DNA from: a virus
Reading direction: 5' to 3' (one strand)
IMG/VR virus record: IMGVR_UViG_3300030104_006883
Span: 32,001 to 96,000 of that record
DNA length: 64,000 nt
This document shows, one piece after another, positions 27,152 to 35,736 of this stretch; positions within the stretch are counted from its first letter, which is position 1, and the number at the start of each line of letters is the position of its first letter. The notes below the pieces were generated by a model. It was given only the letters and a program-made list of their open reading frames with translations, had not been told where the DNA came from and searched no databases. Position numbers and translations under genes: made by a program.

Positions 27152-28115
27152 AAACCAAAAGGTCTTAGTTACTGGTGGCTCTGGCATGATTGGCAGAGAA
27201 CTAGTATCATTATTACTAGAAAAGGGTGCTAGCGTCTATATCGCGGACCTCAAGCAACCAGAGGAACTAAAAGATAAAGTTACATTTGTTAAGGTAGACT
27301 TGCGAGAGTACTCCTCTTGTTTACAGATCTGTGAAGGTATGGACTATGTGTTTAATTTGGTGGGAATTAAGTGCTCGCCAAGAGTCTGCATTGAGGAGCC
27401 AGCGAAGATAATGGGTCCTATGATGCAATTTAACACGAACATGCTTGAGGCAGCAATGCACCACAATGTAAAATGGTACCTATATACAAGCACAGTGGGT
27501 GTTTACCAACCGGCAGAAGTCCTAAGAGAGGACGATGTTTGGTCAACACAACCCTCAAAGAACGATTGGTTCGGAGGCTGGGCAAAGCGAATGGGAGAAC
27601 TTCAATGCCAAGCGTACCAGAAGCAGTACGGAGAGGGGAAATGCAGTATCGTAAGACCTGCAAATGTTTATGGTCCCCACGACAACTTTGACCTAGATAG
27701 TGCAATGGTAATACCTTCTCTTATTAGGAAAGCATTTAGTAACGATGTTTTACAAGTATGGGGCGATGGCTCATCTATTAGAGACTTTATTCACGCGAGA
27801 GATGTTGCCAGGGGTATGATTTTTGCGGTAGAAAATAAAATAACAGAACCACTTAATCTTGGCTCCGGAGATGAAATTAGCATCAAAAGAATAGCAGAGG
27901 CTGTAGCTAAAGAGGCAGATGTAAAAATAGAATGGGACACTTCCAAGCCAACAGGAGACCACAGAAGAGTTTTTGACATGGAAAGAGCAAAGTCTCATGG
28001 TTTCCAGCCCCAGATCTCAATCGAAGAGGGCGTCAAAGAAACAATTGACTGGTACTTGAAAAATAAATCAATGGCTGATTCTGGCAAAGACGTGTTTAAA
28101 TTGTTGGAGAAGTAA
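27141..28115 (+). CDS. GDP-fucose synthase-like extended SDR lacking the catalytic Tyr
   Basis: TGGSGMIG, RPANVYGPHDNF, VIPSLIRK, VWGDG..IRDFIH; YxxxK site reads GGWAK. Confidence 0.75.
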   Translation: MMFKNQKVLVTGGSGMIGRELVSLLLEKGASVYIADLKQPEELKDKVTFVKVDLREYSSCLQICEGMDYVFNLVGIKCSPRVCIEEPAKIMGPMMQFNTNMLEAAMHHNVKWYLYTSTVGVYQPAEVLREDDVWSTQPSKNDWFGGWAKRMGELQCQAYQKQYGEGKCSIVRPANVYGPHDNFDLDSAMVIPSLIRKAFSNDVLQVWGDGSSIRDFIHARDVARGMIFAVENKITEPLNLGSGDEISIKRIAEAVAKEADVKIEWDTSKPTGDHRRVFDMERAKSHGFQPQISIEEGVKETIDWYLKNKSMADSGKDVFKLLEK

Positions 28116-28697
28116 TTGAAAAAGTTTAAAGTTTTAATAACTGGCTGCTCTTCTGGGCTAGGGCTCCATTTGGCCAATAAATTTGAAAAGGAAGGTCATT
28201 TTGTTTTTAGACATGAAGGCAAAAAGCACTTTGATTTGTCAAAAATAGAAGAAGTTAAACACTTATCAGAAGAAGCAAAAAAGCTCGAAATAGATGTCTT
28301 AGTTAATAATGCAGCGATGGTATGTCCAAGCATTGTTTTAGAGGAATATGAAGATGACTTAATTGATTCAATGATAGAGGTAAACTTGAAAGCTCCAATT
28401 GTATTAACTAAAAAATTACTTCCGACTTTAAAGAATCTTATAAATATTAATTCCATGGTTGGGCTGGAAATAAAGGCACCTAGAACACTCTACTCTGCCA
28501 CTAAGTGGGGACTGAGAGGCTTTTCAAATAGTCTAAAGAAGGAAAGCAATCTGTCGGTTTTAGACGTATACCCCACGAATATAAAAACAACCCCGGATAG
28601 GGTAAATGCAATGGATATCGATATGGTTGTTGATGAGATCTACAGCGCGTTTGTTGAAGAAAAAGAAGAACTAATATTGGACGGAAGAAAAAGATGA
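28116..28697 (+). CDS. classical short-chain dehydrogenase/reductase
   Basis: TGCSSGLG, VLVNNAA, INSMVG, YSATK; TTG start. Confidence 0.85.
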   Translation: MKKFKVLITGCSSGLGLHLANKFEKEGHFVFRHEGKKHFDLSKIEEVKHLSEEAKKLEIDVLVNNAAMVCPSIVLEEYEDDLIDSMIEVNLKAPIVLTKKLLPTLKNLININSMVGLEIKAPRTLYSATKWGLRGFSNSLKKESNLSVLDVYPTNIKTTPDRVNAMDIDMVVDEIYSAFVEEKEELILDGRKR

Positions 28698-29647
28698 AAA
28701 GAATTTTAATTTGCGGAGCAACAGGGTTCATAGGTAGAAACCTCTTAGATTTCTACTCTAAAGATAAGAAATATAAAATTAGGGCTACCCACTTTAAGAG
28801 ACCGGCTTTATCTGGTTATGAAGACGTTGAGTGGGTACAGTGTGATCTTCGCGATCCAAAGCAGGTGTCAGATGTCCTGCAAGACGTAGATATAATTATG
28901 CAGTTTGCTGCCACCACAACTGGAGCAAAGGATATTGTCTCTAAACCGTATATCCATGTCACGGACAATGTTATTATGAATTCTTATCTCTTACGAGAGG
29001 CTTTTGAGCAAGGAGTGGAGCATTTTATTTTTCCAAGCTGCACAATAATGTACCAAAAATCAGAAAAAGCCTTAAAAGAAGACGACTACAACCCTTCGGA
29101 TGATATTTTGCCTTTTTATTATGGAGCGGGGCACACAAAGGTGTACTTAGAAAACATGTGTAAGTTTTATGCTGGTTTTGGAAAAACCAAGCACACGGTT
29201 ATTAGGCACTCTAATTTATACGGACCTCATGATAAATATGATTTAGAAAAGTCTCATGTAACAGGAGCGACAATTACTAAAGTCATGACTTCTAGAAATG
29301 ATGTTGTTAGCGTATGGGGAACCGGGGAGGAGGCGAGAGACCTACTGTATATAGAAGATTTTATTTCCTTTATAGAGGCAGCGATAAACAATCAAGAAAG
29401 CGACTATGAGCTTTATAACGTTGGCTTAGGTAAGGGTATAAAAATTAAAGATTTAGTTAAAAAAGTGATACAATGTTCTGGTAAAAATTTAAAAATTGAA
29501 CATGACTTAACGAAACCAACGGTGCCTACTTCTTTATTTTTAGACTGTACAAAGGCAAAAAAAGAGCTTAATTGGGAGCCAAACTATACTTTAGAAGGTG
29601 GTTTAAAAGAAACAATCAAATGGTATAAGGAAAATTATAATGGGTAA
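28694..29647 (+). CDS. GDP-fucose synthase-like extended SDR lacking the catalytic Tyr
   Basis: GATGFIG, FPSCTIMY, RHSNLYGPHD, VWGTG..ARDLLY; YxxxK site reads AGHTK. Confidence 0.75.
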   Translation: MKRILICGATGFIGRNLLDFYSKDKKYKIRATHFKRPALSGYEDVEWVQCDLRDPKQVSDVLQDVDIIMQFAATTTGAKDIVSKPYIHVTDNVIMNSYLLREAFEQGVEHFIFPSCTIMYQKSEKALKEDDYNPSDDILPFYYGAGHTKVYLENMCKFYAGFGKTKHTVIRHSNLYGPHDKYDLEKSHVTGATITKVMTSRNDVVSVWGTGEEARDLLYIEDFISFIEAAINNQESDYELYNVGLGKGIKIKDLVKKVIQCSGKNLKIEHDLTKPTVPTSLFLDCTKAKKELNWEPNYTLEGGLKETIKWYKENYNG

Positions 29648-30434
29648 TCTAAAAACAGACATGGACTCGTTTGAATTAAGTGAGAAGCAACTTGAATTTT
29701 ATTACGAAAATGGGTATTTATTAATCCCTCAAGTATGGGGGAGAGAGGAAATCGACATTATTAGAAAAGACCTAGATGAGGCCGCAGAGGGCCATTTTAC
29801 GGTTAGGCTAGATATGCATTTTCATAAAAGTATAAAACAGGCACATAGAGGAAAAAAGATGTGCGACATTGGGGATGCTATATGTAATGGACGAGCAGTG
29901 CCAATAGCTGCAACTACATTTTTTTGCAAGCCAAATAATCCACTAGAATATGGATCAATATGGCATCAAGACAATTTTGCCCCTATGGCTCCTAACGGAA
30001 ACAATTATATAAATTTAGCTATAGCTGTTGATGACGCCGACGAAACAAACGGATCTTTGATCGTGATCCCTGGAAGCCATAAATTTGGTATGCTGTCTTT
30101 TGACCCTAGCCCAAATTTCTCACGAGATGAGAAGGGTCGTATAGTACAGGTTGCACCGATTGGAGATGCCAAAAAGCTGAGTGATTACACAAACGCTGAT
30201 GGAATCGTACTTTCCGACGACCTTCCGACAGTGCAGTTAAAGTATAATGCAGGAGATGTTCTGGTAGTAAATGGATTGTTGCTACACAAGGCTGATAAAA
30301 ATATGCATCCAACTCGATGGAGGCGTACAATATACGCGGTTTATATCAAGGAGAAGGAGCCTTTTTGGCCAGGATGGACCGCGCAAAGAAAACTTCTAGA
30401 AAGATATGATTCTCCGAATTATAACAAAGGATAA
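29640..30434 (+). CDS. Fe(II)/2-oxoglutarate dioxygenase, PhyH family
   Basis: WHQDN (HxD), NGSLIVIPGSH, AGDVLV...LLHKA (distal His), RR. Confidence 0.85.
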   Translation: MGNLKTDMDSFELSEKQLEFYYENGYLLIPQVWGREEIDIIRKDLDEAAEGHFTVRLDMHFHKSIKQAHRGKKMCDIGDAICNGRAVPIAATTFFCKPNNPLEYGSIWHQDNFAPMAPNGNNYINLAIAVDDADETNGSLIVIPGSHKFGMLSFDPSPNFSRDEKGRIVQVAPIGDAKKLSDYTNADGIVLSDDLPTVQLKYNAGDVLVVNGLLLHKADKNMHPTRWRRTIYAVYIKEKEPFWPGWTAQRKLLERYDSPNYNKG

Positions 30435-30437
30435 AAA

Positions 30438-31445
30438 TTGAAGAGAGCAGTTATTACAGGAATCACAGGTATGGTTGGTTCTCATCTGGCAGATTATCTG
30501 CTTGAGAACACAGATTGGGAAGTGTATGGACTGGTTCGATGGAATGACAAGATGGATAACATTGAACACCTCATGCCACTAATCAATAACAAAGAAAGAA
30601 TTCATCTTTTAAATGCGGATATTAATGATCTGGCTTCGCTATTAACTTGCTTTAAGGAGTCAAATCCGGACTATGTTTTTCATTTAGCTGCACAAAGCTA
30701 CCCAAAAACAAGCTTTACCGCACCTCTTGAGACATTAGAAACAAATATCCTTGGTACGGCGAAAGTCCTCGAAGCAATAAGAGTATTAAAGCAAGATCCG
30801 GTGGTACACGTATGTGCGTCTTCGGAAGTTTTCGGTCGAGTGCCAAAAGAATTTTTACCAATTCACGAGGATATAACTTTTCATCCTGCCTCTCCCTATG
30901 CGATTTCAAAAGTAGGAACAGATCTTGTTGGTAGATTTTATGGAGAGGCTTATGGCATGACTGTGATAACGACTCGAATGTTTACCCATACGGGTCCACG
31001 AAGAGGGGATGTGTTTGCTGAATCAACGTTTGCAAAGCAAATTGCCATGATTGAAAAGGGCCTCCAAGAACCAGTTGTTAAAGTAGGAAATTTGGAATCT
31101 CTTAGAACTTGGTCCGATGTTAGAGATGCTGTTAGGGCTTATTACCTGCTGGTCACGCAGGATCCGAAAGCCGGAGAGTATTACAATATTGGTGGATCGT
31201 TTACTTGCACTATCAGGGAGATGTTGGATCATTTAATATCTCTATCAACAGTTAAGGATATTAAAGTTGAGACCGATCCTGAAAGACTACGGCCAATCGA
31301 TGCAGATTTGCAAGTGCCCGATACGACGAAATTCAAGTCGCACACTGGATGGGAACCAGAAATATCTTTTGAAAGAACTATGTTGGATCTGTTAAACTAT
31401 TGGAGAGAGCAAGTTAATTCTGGCCAAAGGTTTTTGTCTAGATAA
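30438..31445 (+). CDS. gmd: GDP-mannose 4,6-dehydratase-like (Gmd/Rmd group)
   Basis: ITGITGMVGSHLA, HLAAQS, ASSEVFG, PASPYAISK, RMFTHTGPRRG, GNLES.RTWSDVRD, RPID. Confidence 0.8.
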   Translation: MKRAVITGITGMVGSHLADYLLENTDWEVYGLVRWNDKMDNIEHLMPLINNKERIHLLNADINDLASLLTCFKESNPDYVFHLAAQSYPKTSFTAPLETLETNILGTAKVLEAIRVLKQDPVVHVCASSEVFGRVPKEFLPIHEDITFHPASPYAISKVGTDLVGRFYGEAYGMTVITTRMFTHTGPRRGDVFAESTFAKQIAMIEKGLQEPVVKVGNLESLRTWSDVRDAVRAYYLLVTQDPKAGEYYNIGGSFTCTIREMLDHLISLSTVKDIKVETDPERLRPIDADLQVPDTTKFKSHTGWEPEISFERTMLDLLNYWREQVNSGQRFLSR

Positions 31446-31455
31446 GGACGGACAG

Positions 31456-32190
31456 ATGTCTATTTTAGTTATTGGAGAAAGTTGTCTCGATGTGTTTAGG
31501 TATGGTGAGTGTAACCGGATGTGCCCGGAAGCTCCTGTGCCAGTGTTTAACCCTATAGAAACCACAGAAAACGGGGGGATGGCAACTAATGTCTATACAA
31601 ATCTTATTAGTATGAAATCGGAAGCAGATATTCTTACTAATGAAAATTATAATTCTATTAAGAAAATAAGATTTATAGATCATAGGACCAATCATATGTT
31701 TATGCGCCTCGATGAAAGGGATGGGGATTATGGTACGTGTCCGGTTGAGGACATAGACTTCGATAAATATCAAGCTATAATAGTATCTGATTACAACAAA
31801 GGATACCTTTCGGAAGAGCATATAAATTATATTGGTAGATCCCACGATAGTGTCTTTTTAGACACGAAAAAAATACTGGGGGATTGGTGTGAGAGTGTAA
31901 AATTTATTAAATTTAACAGCGCAGAATACGAAAGGTCTAAACCATATATAAACAGGACTATTGAAGAGAAGCTTATTGTAACTCTTGGCCCCCAGGGCGC
32001 TCGGCATAATGGCACGATCTACTCGGTGCCCAAAGTAGATATCAAGGACACCTCCGGAGCAGGAGACACCTTTGTAGCTGCGCTTGTTAGCGAATATATA
32101 GATAGCAAAGACATAGGCAAAGCTATAGAATATGCAAATAGGTGCTCAACTGTTGTAGTTCAAAAGAAAGGGGTTGCAACTATATGGTGA
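31456..32190 (+). CDS. HldE/RfaE kinase domain (PfkB family), stand-alone
   Basis: VIGESCLD, PEAPVPV, GGMATNV, IVSDYNKG, DTSGAGDTF. Confidence 0.85.
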   Translation: MSILVIGESCLDVFRYGECNRMCPEAPVPVFNPIETTENGGMATNVYTNLISMKSEADILTNENYNSIKKIRFIDHRTNHMFMRLDERDGDYGTCPVEDIDFDKYQAIIVSDYNKGYLSEEHINYIGRSHDSVFLDTKKILGDWCESVKFIKFNSAEYERSKPYINRTIEEKLIVTLGPQGARHNGTIYSVPKVDIKDTSGAGDTFVAALVSEYIDSKDIGKAIEYANRCSTVVVQKKGVATIW

Positions 32191-32579
32191 TTTGGACAAA
32201 TGGTTGTTACGATGTTTTACACAGAGGGCACGTTGAATTATTTAAATACGCGGCATCTTTAGGCACAAAATTGATAGTTGGAATAGACACTGACGAAAGA
32301 GTCGCCGCCGCCAAAGGCCCTAGCAGGCCTTTTAATAATTTAGAAGACAGAAAGTTTCTTCTACAGTCCATTCGCTATATAGACGAAGTTTATGAGTATT
32401 CATCTGACGCAGAATTAGAAAATCTATTGGTTGAAAATAATGTTGACACGATGGTGATTGGATCGGACTGGGAAGGAAAAGGTGTTATTGGTGAGAAACT
32501 AGTTAAAAATATTAAATTTTTTGATAGAATAGAGGGGTACTCTACAACGAAGGTTTTAGAAAATGGTATACGTAGTTGA
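32184..32579 (+). CDS. HldE/RfaE nucleotidyltransferase domain, stand-alone
   Basis: WTNGCYDVLHRGH, LIVGIDTD, KGPSRP, GSDW, GYSTT; ATG 32184. Confidence 0.88.
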   Translation: MVIWTNGCYDVLHRGHVELFKYAASLGTKLIVGIDTDERVAAAKGPSRPFNNLEDRKFLLQSIRYIDEVYEYSSDAELENLLVENNVDTMVIGSDWEGKGVIGEKLVKNIKFFDRIEGYSTTKVLENGIRS

Positions 32580-32886
32580 CATAGATGGGACTATTTGTAG
32601 CTCTACAGTAAGCGGAGACTACGAAGACTCAGCACCGTACATGCATAGAATAGAAAAAATCAATTCTTTGTATGAAGATGGGCACACCATAATATACTTC
32701 ACCGCAAGAGGAATGGGAAGACATAACAATAATCCGGTAAGAGCCGTTCAGGATTTCTATTCTATGACAGAGGTGAGGCTTAGGCAGTGGGGAGCTAAGT
32801 ATCATGAGCTAATACTTGGGAAACCAGCAGCCGATGTTTATATAGATGATAAAGGGATAGAAGCAAATGAGTTCTTCAACAAATAA
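32563..32886 (+). CDS. small HAD-superfamily phosphatase (capsule-cluster type)
   Basis: VVDIDGTIC, YFTARG, LGKP, YIDDKG. Confidence 0.8.
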   Translation: MVYVVDIDGTICSSTVSGDYEDSAPYMHRIEKINSLYEDGHTIIYFTARGMGRHNNNPVRAVQDFYSMTEVRLRQWGAKYHELILGKPAADVYIDDKGIEANEFFNK

Positions 32887-33238
32887 AACTCCCCCCATAA
32901 AGTTTGTTAAAAAAGGATGGGGATATGAAAAATGGATTGTTAATAAAAAAGAATATTGTGGAAAGCTATTGTTTTTTCTACAAGGCAAAAGATGTTCTTG
33001 GCATTACCATGTTTTGAAAGACGAAGTGTTTTATCTACAGTCTGGTAAGATGATGTTATACTATTCTGAAAATGATGATATAACAAAGGCTAAACAACTA
33101 ATATTAAACCCTGGGGACAATTTTTATGTTTACCCAGGCCTGAGACATCAGATGGTTGCGTTGGAAGATAGCGAACTATATGAATTCTCAACAGAACATT
33201 TTGACAGTGACTCGTACAGAGTTATAAAAGGTGATTAG
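32867..33238 (+). CDS. cupin, sugar isomerase-like
   Basis: VKKGWGYEKWIVN..YCGKLL, SWHYH..KDEVF, HQM, EFST. Confidence 0.75.
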   Translation: MSSSTNKTPPIKFVKKGWGYEKWIVNKKEYCGKLLFFLQGKRCSWHYHVLKDEVFYLQSGKMMLYYSENDDITKAKQLILNPGDNFYVYPGLRHQMVALEDSELYEFSTEHFDSDSYRVIKGD

Positions 33239-34200
33239 TGAAATTAGTAGTTATAACAGGATGTTTGGGGTTTATTGGCTCTCACGTTACTCGTCTTTGC
33301 CTAAATAAGGGCTGGAGAGTGTACGGAATTGACGATCTTACTTATGCGGCCAACAAAGAACTGCTAGAAGAGTTCTACTCGTTTAATAAAAAGGAAGATA
33401 ACTTTGTTTTTAAGAAAGCAAATATTTGCGATTTAAAATCTATACCCGATTGCGACTATATCATAAATACAGCCGCAGAAACTCACGTTGGTAATAGTAT
33501 AATCGACAGTGAAGATTTTATTAAAAGCAATATTAATGGAGTTAAGAATATTCTTGATATCATAAAAAGCAAGCCAACAAATGTTGGACAAAGGCCAGTG
33601 CTGTTTCACTTTAGCACGGATGAGGTATATGGGGACATTATAAAAGGCGCTCATACTGAGAAAGATCCTCTTAAGCCAAGCAACCCATACTCTGCCTCTA
33701 AAGCATCGTCAGACATGCTGATTGAAGCCTGGGCTAGAACTTATGGAATTAATTACGTTATTTTGCGTCCAACTAATAATTATGGTACCCATCAAAACGC
33801 AGAAAAGCTAATACCACTTTCAGTCAAACTCTTACAGAGAGGAAAAAAGATACGATTGCACGACAGAGGAGAGCCGTATAGAAACTGGCTACATGCGGAA
33901 GATACCGCAAGTGGAGTCATAAGCATTATTGAATCTGGCGTTTTAAACGAGATTTTTAATATCGCTGGAGGATTTGAGCAGAAAAACAAAGAAACCGTTA
34001 AAAAAATAATAGAATGTTATTTCTCCCATAGTGTAGATTGGAATGATTATATTGATTTGGACTACGCTAGACCAGGACAGGATGTTAGATATTCGCTGGA
34101 CGACAGCAAACTAAGGAGCCTGGGTTGGGAGCCGAAAAAGAATTTTGATGAGGAAATAAGTGCTATTGTTTGGCACTATAAAAATAATTTTAAATGGTAA
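33238..34200 (+). CDS. rmlB: dTDP-glucose 4,6-dehydratase family
   Basis: TGCLGFIGS, DDLTYAA, AAETHV, FSTDEVYG, PSNPYSASKAS, NNYG.HQ..EKLIP, RPGQDVRY. Confidence 0.9.
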   Translation: MKLVVITGCLGFIGSHVTRLCLNKGWRVYGIDDLTYAANKELLEEFYSFNKKEDNFVFKKANICDLKSIPDCDYIINTAAETHVGNSIIDSEDFIKSNINGVKNILDIIKSKPTNVGQRPVLFHFSTDEVYGDIIKGAHTEKDPLKPSNPYSASKASSDMLIEAWARTYGINYVILRPTNNYGTHQNAEKLIPLSVKLLQRGKKIRLHDRGEPYRNWLHAEDTASGVISIIESGVLNEIFNIAGGFEQKNKETVKKIIECYFSHSVDWNDYIDLDYARPGQDVRYSLDDSKLRSLGWEPKKNFDEEISAIVWHYKNNFKW

Positions 34201-34212
34201 AGGAGAACCAAA

Positions 34213-34431
34213 ATGGCTATTGAAGAAAAGACAAAGCTTTCGGATGAGGCCCTCGGGGCAGTGATGATGTGCTTACAGAAGTGCATTATGGAGCAGAGCG
34301 ATATTGTACCTATGTTAAAGAATTTAGACTTTACAACTGTGAATGACGAATTGTTTGTACTAAATCCACCAATTGTAAAGTTTGATGTGGAGGAAGTACC
34401 AGAGGGCGAAAGCTTAGTAGACGATGCCTAG
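34213..34431 (+). CDS. small hypothetical protein
   Basis: 72-aa ORF, AGGAG RBS. Confidence 0.7.
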   Translation: MAIEEKTKLSDEALGAVMMCLQKCIMEQSDIVPMLKNLDFTTVNDELFVLNPPIVKFDVEEVPEGESLVDDA

Positions 34432-34693
34432 ATACGTTTACAAGTGCAGTGAGTGTGAAGCATCGTTTATGGTGCGCCACTCTATAAGCGATACGGTAGA
34501 GGATTGCACAGTTTGTAAGGCTAGCGGCTGTGTGACAAGGACCATATCAAATTTTACAGTAAAAAAGAGCGATGATACTCAAAACAATTCTGAGGTTGGT
34601 AGCTTAGTAAAGCGCAGCATAGAAGAATTTCGCTCTGATTTAAAAAGAGACAAGCAAAAGCTTAGAGAGGAAGAGTATGAACCAGGGAACTAA
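34424..34693 (+). CDS. FmdB-family zinc-ribbon protein
   Basis: MPRYVYKCSEC...CTVC. Confidence 0.8.
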   Translation: MPRYVYKCSECEASFMVRHSISDTVEDCTVCKASGCVTRTISNFTVKKSDDTQNNSEVGSLVKRSIEEFRSDLKRDKQKLREEEYEPGN

Positions 34694-35060
34694 AGCAGCA
34701 GTCGCAGTATCGGTACTATTGAATGCCATATTGGTGGCTTTGGTAGTAGGGTTCTTGCCATTTTTGCTTTTTCTCTCTGCTTGCTTGAATCTGCTTGCAT
34801 TCTTTTATGTCAGAGATCTACTGAGAGAGCTAGCAGTATCTGAAGAAAATATAATAGAAATATCAAGTTCCTTAAGTATGTTTGCAAATCATATTGAAAA
34901 GATATATGAGATGGAAACTTTTTACGGAGACACTGTGTTACAAGAACTTTTAGAGCATTCTCAATATGTTGTCGAAGATATTGATAAATATATTTCTATT
35001 CAAACAGAGTCTGAACAAGAAATAGAGGAAATAAATTTTGACAGCCAAGAGACGTCGTAG
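34677..35060 (+). CDS. putative membrane protein with C-terminal helical domain
   Basis: ~35-aa hydrophobic N-terminal stretch followed by acidic helices. Confidence 0.6.
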   Translation: MNQGTKAAVAVSVLLNAILVALVVGFLPFLLFLSACLNLLAFFYVRDLLRELAVSEENIIEISSSLSMFANHIEKIYEMETFYGDTVLQELLEHSQYVVEDIDKYISIQTESEQEIEEINFDSQETS

Positions 35061-35736
35061 ACCAAGAACTACTAATAAGTACTTTACAAAGATACACCAG
35101 GAAGCAATAGTTGCATACGCTATTACGGATGACCTGGAGGAAAGAACCAAGCTATACGTAGAACTAATAGAGCCTGCTTTTAGCGAACTGGTCGACAAGA
35201 TAGTATTCACTTATAAATTTAATAACTTGCCAAATATTGAGTATCTAAAAGAAGATTGTAAGATTTGGCTAACCACTATTTTGGACAAATTCGATCCTGA
35301 GAAGGGGTCGAAAGCGTTTTCTTATTTTAGTGTCATTACAAAAAATTGGTTCATCTATAAAGTTAAAAAGAATTCTAAAAACTTAAAAAGAGAAGTAAAT
35401 TTTGATGATTTATCTAGCGAACTAGAGACGGGCTACCTTTCTGTTCAAAATGAATATTTGAACGAAAGAGAAAAGTATGAATTCTGGCAACATCTTTGGG
35501 TAGAGATCGATACTTGGGAAACTTCCAAATTAAAAGAAAACGAGAAAAAGGTTTTAGAGGCAATAAGATTCCTGTTTGATAAAGCAGATGATATAGAAAT
35601 TTTTAACAAAAAAGCGATTTATTTGTACATAAGGGAAATTACGGGTCTGAATACTAAACAAGTTGTTAATAATCTTAATAAATTAAGAATAAAGTATAGG
35701 GCTTTCAAAAAGGACTGGGTTGTAGGAAAAAAATAA
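35038..35736 (+). CDS. phage sigma factor, T4 gp55-like late sigma
   Basis: YFT..., KFDPEKGSKAFSYFSVITKNWF resembling the gp55 region-2 segment; sits just before the structural operon. Confidence 0.65.
   Translation: MTAKRRRRPRTTNKYFTKIHQEAIVAYAITDDLEERTKLYVELIEPAFSELVDKIVFTYKFNNLPNIEYLKEDCKIWLTTILDKFDPEKGSKAFSYFSVITKNWFIYKVKKNSKNLKREVNFDDLSSELETGYLSVQNEYLNEREKYEFWQHLWVEIDTWETSKLKENEKKVLEAIRFLFDKADDIEIFNKKAIYLYIREITGLNTKQVVNNLNKLRIKYRAFKKDWVVGKK

Noticed and set aside
25997-29647. Straightforward GDP-colitose or GDP-fucose pathway
   Set aside because: Neither Fcl/ColC-like protein has the catalytic YxxxK Tyr; downgraded rather than excluded
8559-34200. Bacterial O-antigen or capsule locus (cellular contig)
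   Set aside because: No wzx, wzy, wzz, ABC exporter or initiating transferase, and the block is continuous with phage sigma and baseplate genes
35038-35066. TTGACA as a sigma70 -35 box
   Set aside because: No -10-like hexamer 16-18 nt downstream; the TTG serves as the start codon of the sigma-factor ORF
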